64,000 nt of DNA from Candidatus Latescibacterota bacterium (GCA_965261395.1 OZ253462.1:4352001-4416000); one strand, 5' to 3'; counted from the stretch's first letter, positions 27,973 through 37,672 are shown. Notes: generated by a model from the letters alone, not told the origin. A program made the numbers and translations.

Positions 27973-30189
27973 ATGTCCATACTAGACGCCCTTAATCCAG
28001 AGCAACGCCGCGCCGCCGAGGCCGAAGGCGGCCCGCTATTGATCCTCGCCGGGGCCGGCTCGGGCAAGACCCGCGTACTCACCCATCGCATCGCTTTCCT
28101 CATCGAAGAAGTCGGCGTGGCCCCGTGGCGCATCCTTGCCGCGACCTTCACTAACAAGGCTGCGGGCGAAATGCGCGAGCGCATTGAGCAGCTCGTTGGG
28201 CCGGCGGCGGCCGAGCTATGGATCGGCACCTTCCACTCGATCTGTGCGCGCATCCTGCGCCACCAAGCCGAGGGGTTCGGTTTAGATCCCAACTTCTCTA
28301 TCTACGACGAAGACGACCGCCGCGCCACCATCCGCCGCGTCCTCGACGCCCACCAGATCGACGAGCGCGAGCTCGCCCCGCGCGCGGTCGTCAGTCAGAT
28401 CAGCCGCGCTAAGAACGCCATGCTCGACCCATTGGAATTCGCGCGTCAAGGGGGTGAGAACCAGCGACAAATCGCCGAACTCTACGCCGACTACGAGCGC
28501 GAGTTGCACCGCAACCAAGCCCTTGATTTCGACGACTTGCTCATCGAGGTCGTGCGCCAGTTCGACCGCCACCTGGACATTCTGCAAACCTACCAAGAGC
28601 GCTTTGAGCACCTGCTCATCGATGAATACCAAGACACCAACCGGCCCCAGTACTTGCTCTGCCGTCAGCTAGCGGCTCGCCACCGCAATATCTGCGTGGT
28701 CGGGGACGACGACCAGTCGATCTACCAATTTCGCGGTGCCGACATCCGCAACATCCTCGACTTTGAGCGCGATTACCCAGACACCCGCAGCGTGCGGCTG
28801 GAGCAAAACTACCGCTCCACCGGCCGTATCCTCGCCGCAGCCAACGCCGTCATCAGCCACAACCAAGGCCGCAAGGGCAAAGAGCTGTGGACGAACGGCC
28901 CCGAAGGCGACCCGGTCGCGGTCGTCGAATGCGACTCGGATCGCCGCGAGGCCCGCCACGTGGTCGATGCCATCCGCCGCTACGACCGCTTGGGACGCTA
29001 CAGCCTCGGGGACGCCGCCGTGCTCTACCGCACCAACGCCCAGTCGCGGCCCTTTGAAGAGGAGCTACAGCGCGCTGGCCTCCCCTATATAATCGTTGGG
29101 GGCATCCGCTTTTACGACCGCCGAGAAATCCGCGACGTGCTGTCCTATATGCGCCTGTTGGTCAACCCGGCCGACGACATTGCCCTGCGCCGCATCGTCA
29201 ATATGCCCCGCCGCGGCATTGGCGATACCTCCCTCGACCGCTTGCAGGATTTCGCCCAAGCCAAGGGTTGGAGCCTCTCCACTGCGCTCAATCACCTCGA
29301 CGACGTACCCGGCCTCAACAGCCGCGCGCAAAAGAGTATAGCGGCTTTCGCCGCCCTGATCGGCGAGCTAATGGCCGCCACCGAAGCGCTCTCCTTGCCC
29401 GAGTTGGGCTTTGCCGTCGTCGAAAAGAGTGGGTACCGCGCAATGCTCGCGGCTGAAAATACCCCAGAGGCCGAGGCGCGCTTGCAGAATATCGACCAGT
29501 TACTAGCCGAGATGACCGAGTACGCCGACGCAAACCCAGACTCGACTTTAGCGACCTATCTGGAAGAAAAGTCGCTGCTGACCTCGGCGGATGAAAGCGA
29601 CGACGATGGCAACGCCATTACCTTGATGACCCTGCACAGCGCCAAGGGCCTAGAGTTCCCCTTGGTCTTTGTCTGCGGCCTCGAAGAAAACCTCTTTCCC
29701 ACGGCGCGGGCCATCGACGATCCCCAAGCCATCGAAGAGGAGCGCCGTCTCTGCTACGTGGGCATAACCCGGGCGCAAGAGCAACTCAGCCTCACCTATG
29801 CCCTGCGCCGCTATGCATACGGCTCGCTGCTCGCGACCGAACCCTCGCGGTTTTTGGGCGAAATCCCCGCCGAGTTGACGGCCCAAAGCTACGAGTTGGA
29901 CCGCGGTTTTGCTCGCTCGCGGCAACGCGTCGATCCGCCGCGCCGCAAAAAGGCTGCCCAAGCCCAAGGCGTCCACTACGAGTGGGACGCCGAGCAGTCG
30001 CCCGGCTTCGGCGAATTGGTCGCCCAAGACGACTTCCTCGCCGAGGGCCAGTGGGTACGCCACCCCCAATGGGGGCGCGGCCAGATCGTCAGCCGCGAAG
30101 GGCACGGCGAAAAGATGAAGCTCTCCATCCGCTTTCAGACGCAGACCAAACGCATCGCCGTCGCGTACGCCCAGCTCGAACCCGCCTGA
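27973..30189 (+). CDS. pcrA: ATP-dependent DNA helicase UvrD/PcrA
   Basis: AGAGSGKT, DEYQD, GDDDQSIY, LEQNYRS, TLHSAKGLEF, EERRLCYVGITRA, Tudor-like C-terminus. Confidence 0.95.
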   Translation: MSILDALNPEQRRAAEAEGGPLLILAGAGSGKTRVLTHRIAFLIEEVGVAPWRILAATFTNKAAGEMRERIEQLVGPAAAELWIGTFHSICARILRHQAEGFGLDPNFSIYDEDDRRATIRRVLDAHQIDERELAPRAVVSQISRAKNAMLDPLEFARQGGENQRQIAELYADYERELHRNQALDFDDLLIEVVRQFDRHLDILQTYQERFEHLLIDEYQDTNRPQYLLCRQLAARHRNICVVGDDDQSIYQFRGADIRNILDFERDYPDTRSVRLEQNYRSTGRILAAANAVISHNQGRKGKELWTNGPEGDPVAVVECDSDRREARHVVDAIRRYDRLGRYSLGDAAVLYRTNAQSRPFEEELQRAGLPYIIVGGIRFYDRREIRDVLSYMRLLVNPADDIALRRIVNMPRRGIGDTSLDRLQDFAQAKGWSLSTALNHLDDVPGLNSRAQKSIAAFAALIGELMAATEALSLPELGFAVVEKSGYRAMLAAENTPEAEARLQNIDQLLAEMTEYADANPDSTLATYLEEKSLLTSADESDDDGNAITLMTLHSAKGLEFPLVFVCGLEENLFPTARAIDDPQAIEEERRLCYVGITRAQEQLSLTYALRRYAYGSLLATEPSRFLGEIPAELTAQSYELDRGFARSRQRVDPPRRKKAAQAQGVHYEWDAEQSPGFGELVAQDDFLAEGQWVRHPQWGRGQIVSREGHGEKMKLSIRFQTQTKRIAVAYAQLEPA

Positions 30190-30258
30190 GCGGCCCATTG
30201 CCTCAGAGAAGGCCGATCTTTAGTTTTAATTGTTTATCTCGTTTCCCTTTACGGACTT

Positions 30259-31578
30259 ATGGGCACTCCAACATCTGAAAACACGCGCGTGGCGCTGCAA
30301 AACGTGGGTTGCAAGCTCAATGCCTACGAAGTAGAAGCCCTCGCCCACCGCCTGACCGAGCGCGGCTATGCAATCGTGCCCTTCGGCTCTGAGGCCGACG
30401 TGTACGTGGTCAATACCTGTACGGTCACCGGCGCGGGCGATGCGGACTCGCGCAAGGCCGTGCGCCGCGCCCGGCGGCGCAATCCAAGCGCGGAGATCGT
30501 CGCCACTGGCTGCTATGCCCAGCGACGGCCGGCGGACCTCGCAGCGGCCGGTGCCGATTTGGTCGTGGGTAACGGCCAGAAGGCCCAGCTCGTTGAGCTA
30601 CTCGAAGCGCATCTAGCGGGTGCCGAGACTCCCGTGCCTTCGGCAACGAGGCCACGCACCGAGCAATTTCTCGCCATTGACGGCGCGGTGCCCCAAGGCC
30701 GCACGCGCGGCAGCCTGCAAATCCAAGACGGCTGCGACGAACACTGCACCTATTGCATCATCCCGGCGGTGCGCGGGCACAGCGCGAGCCGCCCAGCCGC
30801 CGAAGTCGTCGCCCAAGCCCAGAGTATGGTCGCGGCCGGCTACCGCGAGCTGGCCCTGACCGGCGTCCACACGGGCCGCTACGGGTTTGACCAAGGCCAG
30901 TCCGAAGCTCTCGTCGAGCTGCTCGCCGCGCTGGAGCAAATCGACGGCTTGGCGCGCATTCGCCTCAACTCCATTGAGCCGGGTTACGTCACCGACGCGC
31001 TGATCGACCAAGCCGCGGCTTCCACAGCGGTCTGCCGCCACTTCCACGTGCCTTTGCAAAGCGGCGACGACCACATTCTCAAGCGCATGGGACGGCGCTA
31101 CACCCGCGCCTATTACGCCGAGCGGATCGAGCGGATCGCCAGCCGCATCCCCGATTGCGCCATTGGTGCCGACGTCATGGTCGGCTTTCCCGGGGAAACC
31201 GACGCGCATTTTGCCCAGACCCGCGCCTTGTTGGCCGACCTGCCGTTGACGTACCTCCACGTCTTTTCGTACTCCCTGCGCGAAGGCACCCCGGCCGAAC
31301 GCCTACCCGAACACCAAGAAGCCGCCGTCAAAAAGGAGCGCAGCCAAGCGCTCATCGCCCTCGGCGCAGCCAAGCGACTCGCCTTCCATCAGCGCTTTGT
31401 CGGCCGCTCGCTCCAAGTCCTTGCCGAAGGGCGTTCAGACCCAGCCACCGGCTTGCAAGTCGGCTTGAGCGATAACTACGTCAAGGCTCTCTTCGCCGGC
31501 CCGGCCCAGCCCAACGAATTCGTGGACGTGCAGATCGAGCAAGCCCGCGAAGAGCTAACTTTTGGAGCGCGCCGATGA
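30259..31578 (+). CDS. mtaB: tRNA t6A37 methylthiotransferase
   Basis: GCKLNAYE, NTCTVT, GCYAQ, QDGCDEHCTYC, HVFSYSLREGT, GLSDNY. Confidence 0.9.
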   Translation: MGTPTSENTRVALQNVGCKLNAYEVEALAHRLTERGYAIVPFGSEADVYVVNTCTVTGAGDADSRKAVRRARRRNPSAEIVATGCYAQRRPADLAAAGADLVVGNGQKAQLVELLEAHLAGAETPVPSATRPRTEQFLAIDGAVPQGRTRGSLQIQDGCDEHCTYCIIPAVRGHSASRPAAEVVAQAQSMVAAGYRELALTGVHTGRYGFDQGQSEALVELLAALEQIDGLARIRLNSIEPGYVTDALIDQAAASTAVCRHFHVPLQSGDDHILKRMGRRYTRAYYAERIERIASRIPDCAIGADVMVGFPGETDAHFAQTRALLADLPLTYLHVFSYSLREGTPAERLPEHQEAAVKKERSQALIALGAAKRLAFHQRFVGRSLQVLAEGRSDPATGLQVGLSDNYVKALFAGPAQPNEFVDVQIEQAREELTFGARR

Positions 31579-32957
31579 ACTTGCCTCTCCTCGAAGCGAC
31601 CGAATACCAGCCCGTGGCAACGCGCCCCGGTCCGGCGGGCCGCCGCGTGTACATCGAGACCTATGGCTGCCAGATGAACGTGGCCGACAGCGAGTTGGTG
31701 GCCAGCATCCTCGCCGACGCCGGGTTCCAGATTACAGAACAAGCCGACCGTGCCGACATCATCCTGCTCAACACCTGCGCGGTGCGCGAGCATGCTGAGG
31801 AGCGGGTCATCGGCCGCGTCAGCCAGCTCAACGGCCTCCGCGCTCACCGCCCCAACCTCACCTTGGGCATCCTCGGCTGCATGGCCCAGCACCTGAGCAA
31901 AACCCTGCCAGATCGCGCTCCTTTCGTCGATTTAGTCATGGGACCGGATTCCTACCGCCGCCTGCCCCAGCTCCTCGCCCAATCCAGCGACGACGCGCTT
32001 TTAGACGTGCGGCTCGACCGCTCTGAGAACTACAGCGGCGTCCACCCCCAGCGCACAACCAGCACCAACGCTTGGGTGACCATCATCCGTGGTTGCGACA
32101 AATTCTGCACGTTCTGCATCGTGCCCTTTGTGCGCGGCCGAGAGCGCAGCGTGGCCGCTGACGACATCGTGCGACAAGTACAACACATTGCTGCTGAGGG
32201 ATTTAAGGAAGTTACCTTACTCGGCCAGACCGTTAATTCCTACCGCGCCGACAACGTGGATTTCGCCGATCTCTTGCGGCAGGTCAGCCAAGTTGAAGGC
32301 ATTGAGCGGGTGCGCTTCACCTCGCCTTATCCGGTTGATTTTACCGACCGCGTGATCGACGCCATGGCCGAAGTCGGCCCGGTGTGCCCGAGCTTACACC
32401 TGCCGGTCCAGAGCGGCTCAGATGAACAGCTTGCCCGCATGCGTCGCGGGTACACCATCGGTCAATACCGACAGCTCGTGCAGAAGCTACGCGCCGCCCT
32501 GCCCGACCTCGCCCTAACCACCGACATCATCACCGGCTTTTGCGGCGAGACCGACGCGGACTTCCGCCAGACCTACGATCTAATGGAAGAGATCCGCTAC
32601 GACTCGGCTTTCATGTTCAAATACTCGGAGCGCGAGGGCACGTACGCCCACAAGAAGCTGCCCGACGACGTCCCCGAAGCCGTCAAGGGCGAGCGCCTCC
32701 AGCACATCATCGCCCTGCAAGAGGGGATCTCGCGCCAGACCAACCAGCGGCAAGTGGGCCGCACAGTCGAGGTCCTCGTCGAAGGCCCGTCCAAGCGGCC
32801 AGCCGCCGATGGCCAACCCCGCTACTACGGCCGCACCCCGCAGGGCAAGACGGCGATTTTCCCGCAACCAGCAGCAAGCAACTCGCTCGTATCCGTCCAT
32901 ATCTCCCGCACCACCTCGCATACGCTCTTTGGCGATCGCATCGACGACGCTGTATAA
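31575..32957 (+). CDS. miaB: tRNA i6A37 methylthiotransferase
   Basis: TYGCQMNVADSE, NTCAVRE, GCMAQ, GCDKFCTFC, MFKYSEREGT, TRAM domain. Confidence 0.95.
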   Translation: MNLPLLEATEYQPVATRPGPAGRRVYIETYGCQMNVADSELVASILADAGFQITEQADRADIILLNTCAVREHAEERVIGRVSQLNGLRAHRPNLTLGILGCMAQHLSKTLPDRAPFVDLVMGPDSYRRLPQLLAQSSDDALLDVRLDRSENYSGVHPQRTTSTNAWVTIIRGCDKFCTFCIVPFVRGRERSVAADDIVRQVQHIAAEGFKEVTLLGQTVNSYRADNVDFADLLRQVSQVEGIERVRFTSPYPVDFTDRVIDAMAEVGPVCPSLHLPVQSGSDEQLARMRRGYTIGQYRQLVQKLRAALPDLALTTDIITGFCGETDADFRQTYDLMEEIRYDSAFMFKYSEREGTYAHKKLPDDVPEAVKGERLQHIIALQEGISRQTNQRQVGRTVEVLVEGPSKRPAADGQPRYYGRTPQGKTAIFPQPAASNSLVSVHISRTTSHTLFGDRIDDAV

Positions 32958-33212
32958 TATAAACCTGATAGTAACCTGTTAGACAAACAGTTACGGATTT
33001 ATATCATAGACCGAATAGCTCCGCCAATCTGCCGTCCGGTTATAATCGTTCAAATGTGAGAATTCGGAGCGGCTACGCTTTTTAGGTAGTGATTTTTATG
33101 CGACCCTGATATATTTGTAATTATTGCCTTAAGACCTATTGGCATAGGCCATTAAAAAAAAATTACTCCTTCCTACCACACTTTTTTGGGGTCTGTAAAA
33201 CTTCCGGCGGTC

Positions 33213-33315
33213 TGCGTCGGGCGAAACTGCACACGCTGTCAGTAGATAGGCGGTTTCTCCGCCTTATCCGCGAGCGCACTCGCTGGTCCTACTGGCGCTG
33301 ACGAGCCTATATGCA
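33213..33315 (+). ncRNA. Candidate structured RNA with hammerhead-like core motifs (type II order)
   Basis: GGGC-GAAAC...GTC-AGTAG...CTACT-GGCG-CTGACGA-GCCT with nested stems read by eye; has a non-canonical 4-nt insert before CUGA. Confidence 0.4.
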
Positions 33316-33763
33316 TCATTAAATCCCTGTCCTGCGCACAACGTTTATTATCTGATATTGCAGACGTTTGTAATCAAACGATCAAACCAAAAGAGTGGCT
33401 TATGCTACTACGCATAGTCGAAGGTCGAAGTAGGAAAGATGTATGAGAAGAACTTCTTGCTATAAGCCTTTAAATCTCTAAATAAGGAGATTCAAGATGA
33501 GAATCTTGATGCTTTTAGTAGCATGTATTGGATTTTCTTGCACCGATCAGGACAATCCTATAGCGCTCACTAGCACTCCCGCCGGGAAGGCCCATGTAGA
33601 TGACGCGGGCGAATGCCTTGCCATCTCTTGGCCTTGCGATACCGAAGTCGATTCCGTATGGACGGTCTTCTATGGGGCAGCCTATCGGTTCCAAGCCCAC
33701 GGCGAGCGCGTCCTGTTTTCTCATTATGTGGAGAGTAATAGGAAGAAACAGTACTGGGCCTCA

Positions 33764-34695
33764 GAAGCCGTCTGAAAACCCTTGCTGTAGCCGGTATTTG
33801 AATCGGCGTACTCATCGAGCCATATTCAGGTTTCGCGACAAAATCTGAACAGAAAGGCTCGTATGATGAGTACGCCTAGTAGGCAATATGCCACCGATGT
33901 AACCGATGTGCAATGGCGTCGGATCGAACCGTTGCTGCCGGCTTCGACATGGCAGCCGAACGGTCCGGGTCGGCCACCGCGGGATCGACGCCAGATCGTC
34001 AACGGCCTTTTGTATCTGACCAAGACCGGTTGTCCTTGGGCTTTGTTGCCTTCTTGTTTTGGACCGTGGAAAACGGTGTATGATTACTTTCGTCGCTGGA
34101 GTCTACAAGGGGTCTGGCCGCAGGTATTGGATCGACTCACCCAGCGGGAACGCCGCCTCAACGGACGGGCTCCAACGCCGTCGGCTGGCGTAGTCGATAG
34201 TCAGACGATCAAGACGGCAACCCATGGTAAAACAACCGGTTATGACGCCGGAAAAAAGGTCAAGGGGCGCAAGCGTCATCTGTTGGTCGACACCTCGGGC
34301 TTGCTTAGACAGGTGGTGGTCACCGCCGCCGATGTAGAGGATCGGGACGGCCTCAAGCAGGTGTTGACCCGCTTGGGGGCCTCCGGCGTAGCCCGGTTAC
34401 GCAAACTGTGGGGCGATGGCGGCTATCGAGGCGATCCGATCCGAACGTGGGTGGCTAACGTAAAAAAGACGCACAAAATAGACTTGGAAGTCGTCGCCAA
34501 ACAAGGCCCCGGCTTTGAGGTGTTACCACGCCGTTGGGTCGTCGAGCGCACGTTTGCGTGGTTGATGAATTTTCGCCGACATGCCCGAGATTATGAGGTG
34601 TTGACCCACCATAGCGAAGCCTTGATCCAGATTGCTATGATCCACTTGCTGCTCAAACGGATCAAATAGAAAAAATATAGTTTTCAGACGGCTTC
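33764..34695 (+). mobile_element. IS5-family (IS1031-like) insertion sequence, 932 bp
   Basis: Perfect 16-bp TIRs GAAGCCGTCTGAAAAC / GTTTTCAGACGGCTTC; 3-bp TSD TCA at 33761-33763 and 34696-34698. Confidence 0.95.
33863..34669 (+). CDS. IS5-family DDE transposase
   Basis: YATDVTDVQW, KTGCPW, VDSQT, GYDAGKKVKGRKRH, DGGY, RWVVERTFAW; single intact ORF. Confidence 0.96.
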   Translation: MMSTPSRQYATDVTDVQWRRIEPLLPASTWQPNGPGRPPRDRRQIVNGLLYLTKTGCPWALLPSCFGPWKTVYDYFRRWSLQGVWPQVLDRLTQRERRLNGRAPTPSAGVVDSQTIKTATHGKTTGYDAGKKVKGRKRHLLVDTSGLLRQVVVTAADVEDRDGLKQVLTRLGASGVARLRKLWGDGGYRGDPIRTWVANVKKTHKIDLEVVAKQGPGFEVLPRRWVVERTFAWLMNFRRHARDYEVLTHHSEALIQIAMIHLLLKRIK

Positions 34696-35199
34696 TCAGA
34701 AACTTCAACCCGCTTTGGGAAAGTTCAGTCGGGTTTCCGGTCGGGTGGTGGCGCGTGTGGTATCTGGAGCGAAGCCATCGACCATGATTCCTCTGTTGTG
34801 CGTATCTATAAAGGGGATGTGGACTACTTGTATAGAGATACGCCTAATGCCAGATATGCTCTATCCGAAAGCGATGTGCAGTATCCAATCGCCTTTGTGC
34901 AAGCAGAGGGGTCGGTGCACCACCGCGACTTTTTGAGTGTGCAGAATCGCGGCGAGCCGCGGCCGGCCAGTCTTGTAGAAATAAGAAGCACGCAGCATGT
35001 AGGCGCATACTACCTTCCGGTTAATTTTAGTGCCGTGGCAATTGATACCCTTATAGACCTGCCCGAGGATGAGCGGCCTTATTTGGAGCATTCCATTTGT
35101 TCGGGTAATGAATGTCCTGAGTGGGCGGAGTCGATTTGTCCGCTCGGTACGGAAGAGGATGTTGTAGTTCGAGATGTCTCTGTGGCAGAATCTACACCG

Positions 35200-35307
35200 T
35201 CCTCTGGCGAGGGCACTCCCTCTGGCGGCGATTCCCCCTCTGAGGGCGATTCCCCCTCTGACGGCGATTCCCCCTCTGACGGCGATTCCCCCTCTGGCGG
35301 CGATCCC
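35200..35307 (+). repeat. 18-bp coding tandem repeat, about 6 units (PSxGDS)
   Basis: Five units of CCCTCTGRSGGCGATYCC preceded by one degenerate unit. Confidence 0.9.
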
Positions 35308-35536
35308 CAGCCCGATCTGCCACCCGGTTTAGCCTGTGGTGGAGATTGTGATCCCGCTCAGGATCCAGGCGATGGCTGGAGTTGCCAAGGTGGAGCCCGT
35401 ACCCCTAGCGGCGGAGCCCTTTACCACGCTAACTACTGTGGAGATTTCACTGGTTGTTTTGTACCAAATGTTTGGGGCAACGGAAGTACTGATCCTCAAT
35501 TCAACTGCCCTCAATATTGAAACTTCAGAAGCGTCG

Positions 35537-35770
35537 AGGAACCCCATGTTCGCCCGTAGCCTCTGGCTCGCCGCGGCCTTTCGCTCCACCGCTTACGCCA
35601 CGGCGAGCCAGTAGCCCTATACCCGTAATAGAAAACCTCATTTCAATCAGAAGCCCAACGGTCCCCTAAACCGCGTTGGGCTTCTCCTGTTATCGCCTCG
35701 GTGAGCGACTCGAAGCCGAGGGGCGCGTTTTAGCATCGACCTAGCGGCAGCCGCGCACACGCTCGCATAC
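35537..35770 (+). pseudogene. Relic 5' fragments of the PQQ-propeller gene family
   Basis: AGGAACCCCATG matches 39671-39682; stub MFARSLWLAAAFRSTAYA; GCATCGACCTAGCGGCAGCCG (35733-35753) matches 37866-37886. Confidence 0.7.
35649..35685. terminator. Hairpin (likely terminator) after lipoprotein copy 1
   Basis: AGAAGCCCAACG...CGTTGGGCTTCT 12-bp stem. Confidence 0.65.
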
Positions 35771-36316
35771 TAACCCACTACCGTTGCTGTGCGATTTTTT
35801 ATGACTTGTCTTTAATGTTGTACTAGTTTGACATTTCTGTAAGCCTTGTGTTTTTTAGGGTTACCCCTAAGCCTTGAAGCGGAACCGGCAGTTCTCCTTC
35901 TCCCCGTCGGAGGACGCACTGAAAAATGGCAACCAATCCACTATTTGAGATGCCATCGCCGCAGATAGCATCTAGCACCTCGGCCACATCCGATTTCCAG
36001 TTCCAAGATGTCGCCGACGTATAGTCATAAGTAATTGGTACCCCCCCCGAGTACCTCCCCTGTTTTCCACCGTTAGGCTATAAGTCTTAACAATTCCCAG
36101 TGATCGTCGGGAATAGGCGGCTTTGTCTGCCTTGGTCTCGCCTAAAGGACGAGGTGAATATACCACCTTTCCTTTGCGCTTGGGGACTGCTTAGGACGAC
36201 GCCAGACGCAGCTATCAACCGAATTCTGCGTCCGCCATTACACCCGTTTCGGTTCTCTACCAATCGGTCTAAATCAACCGATTTTTTGAGATGAAACTAG
36301 AACTGAGAGGTACACA

Positions 36317-37519
36317 TTGAAGCGTGCTATCTTTGCGGTAAGCATCCTGCCTGAAGCTCTAAACCGAGGCTATTTCAAGACAAAAATCTTGCTGCTTTTA
36401 GCAGCATTCATTGGATTTTCTTGCACCGATCACGAAAATCCGCTAGCACTCATTAGCATACCCGCCGGCAAGGTCAAGGTGGATTCGGGCTCTGACGAAT
36501 GCCTTGCCATATCTTGGCCCTGCGATACGGAAGTCGATTCCGTGTGGACGGTCTTCTATGGATCCGACTATCGGTTCCAAGCCCACGGCGACAGCGTCCT
36601 GTTTTCGCATTATCTAGCGAGCAATAGTAAGAAACAATATTGGGCATCAGAAACCTCAACCCGCTTGGGGAGGGTTAGGTCGGGTTTCCGCTCGGGTGAT
36701 GGAGCCTGTGGTATCTGGAGCGAAGCCATCGATCATGATTCCTCTGTTGTGCGTATCTATAAAGGGGATGTGGACTACTTGTATAGAGATACGCCTAATG
36801 CCAGATATGCTCTATCCGAAAGCGATGTGCAGTATCCAATCGCCTTTGTGCAAGCAGAGGGGTCGGTGCGCCACCGCGACTTTTTGAGTGTGCACAATCG
36901 CAACGACCCGAGGCCGGCTGATCTTGTAGAAAGAGGAGCCAATCCTACAAGGGCATACTACCTTCCGGTTAATTTTAGTGCTGCTGCACTCGATACGCTT
37001 ACAGACATACCCGAAGACGACCGGCCTTATTTGGATGATTCCATTTGTTCAGGTGATGAATGTCCTGAGTGGGCAGAGCCGATTTGTCCGTCTGAGCAGG
37101 AAGAGGAGGTTGTCGTTCGAGACGTCTCTATTGCAGAGAATAACTCTGCGTCGCAAGCGTCTACAACTACAACTGCAACTGCAACTGAACCCGAACCTGA
37201 ATCTGAACCCGAATCTGCAACTGCAACTGAATCTGAACCTGAATCTGAACCTGAATCTGCAACTGCAACTGCGACTGAACCCGAACCTGTGTGTAACGTG
37301 ACTGGCGAGCAGGTTACGTCGATAGAGGAGCGTTACTGGTACAGACTCATTAGGGGGACATACCAGGGAACCTCAGTTGCATTCGGTGACGACACTGGAT
37401 GCTTTTTTTCTCATGATTGTGCCGATGGCCAAATTGGTGGATGCGTAACGCTTACGAAGGTATCTGGACCTGGCAAAGCTACCACAGTCTTTAAGTGGTA
37501 TTGCTTTGATTGCCAATAA
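36317..37519 (+). CDS. Lipoprotein of unknown function with T/A/E/P/S repeat linker and Cys-rich C-terminal tip
   Basis: Lipobox IGFSC; N-terminal ~270 aa highly similar to the IS-split copy. Start uncertain (TTG). Confidence 0.75.
   Translation: MKRAIFAVSILPEALNRGYFKTKILLLLAAFIGFSCTDHENPLALISIPAGKVKVDSGSDECLAISWPCDTEVDSVWTVFYGSDYRFQAHGDSVLFSHYLASNSKKQYWASETSTRLGRVRSGFRSGDGACGIWSEAIDHDSSVVRIYKGDVDYLYRDTPNARYALSESDVQYPIAFVQAEGSVRHRDFLSVHNRNDPRPADLVERGANPTRAYYLPVNFSAAALDTLTDIPEDDRPYLDDSICSGDECPEWAEPICPSEQEEEVVVRDVSIAENNSASQASTTTTATATEPEPESEPESATATESEPESEPESATATATEPEPVCNVTGEQVTSIEERYWYRLIRGTYQGTSVAFGDDTGCFFSHDCADGQIGGCVTLTKVSGPGKATTVFKWYCFDCQ
37160..37288 (+). repeat. 6-bp-period coding repeats (ACTGCA / GAACCT / GAATCT)
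   Basis: Encodes TTTATATEPEPESEPESATATESEPE... Confidence 0.85.
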
Positions 37520-37672
37520 GGCGATCCATGTTCGCCTGCTGCCTCTGGCTCGCCTACTGCGCGACCGGTGGTGTGTCAAGCGAGCCTAAGCCAACCGCTG
37601 TTTGTCATTGCTCCTAAACCTTCTATCTTGATTGGGTTGATTCCTACCCCACTCTCCCTCCGAAAGGACTCC

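Larger units (their letters stand above)
33497..35520 (+). pseudogene. Lipoprotein gene interrupted by an IS5-family element (362 aa when reconstituted)
   Basis: AAGGAG RBS and lipobox IGFSC. Joining 33497-33763 to 34699-35520 is in frame (...YWAS|ETSTRFG...) and collinear with paralog 36317-37519. Confidence 0.9.

Noticed and set aside
33285-33310. glmS ribozyme or known riboswitch (GCGCTGACGAG resemblance)
   Set aside because: The element order does not fit glmS (no AGCGCC...ACU 5' of the GACGAG) and the downstream gene is unrelated.
33773-33775. TGA read-through (selenocysteine or recoding) in the lipoprotein
   Set aside because: The TGA is part of the IS left inverted repeat.
35200-35307. 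CRISPR-like appearance of the 18-bp repeats
   Set aside because: Units are contiguous with no spacers, are in frame within a CDS, and there are no cas genes.
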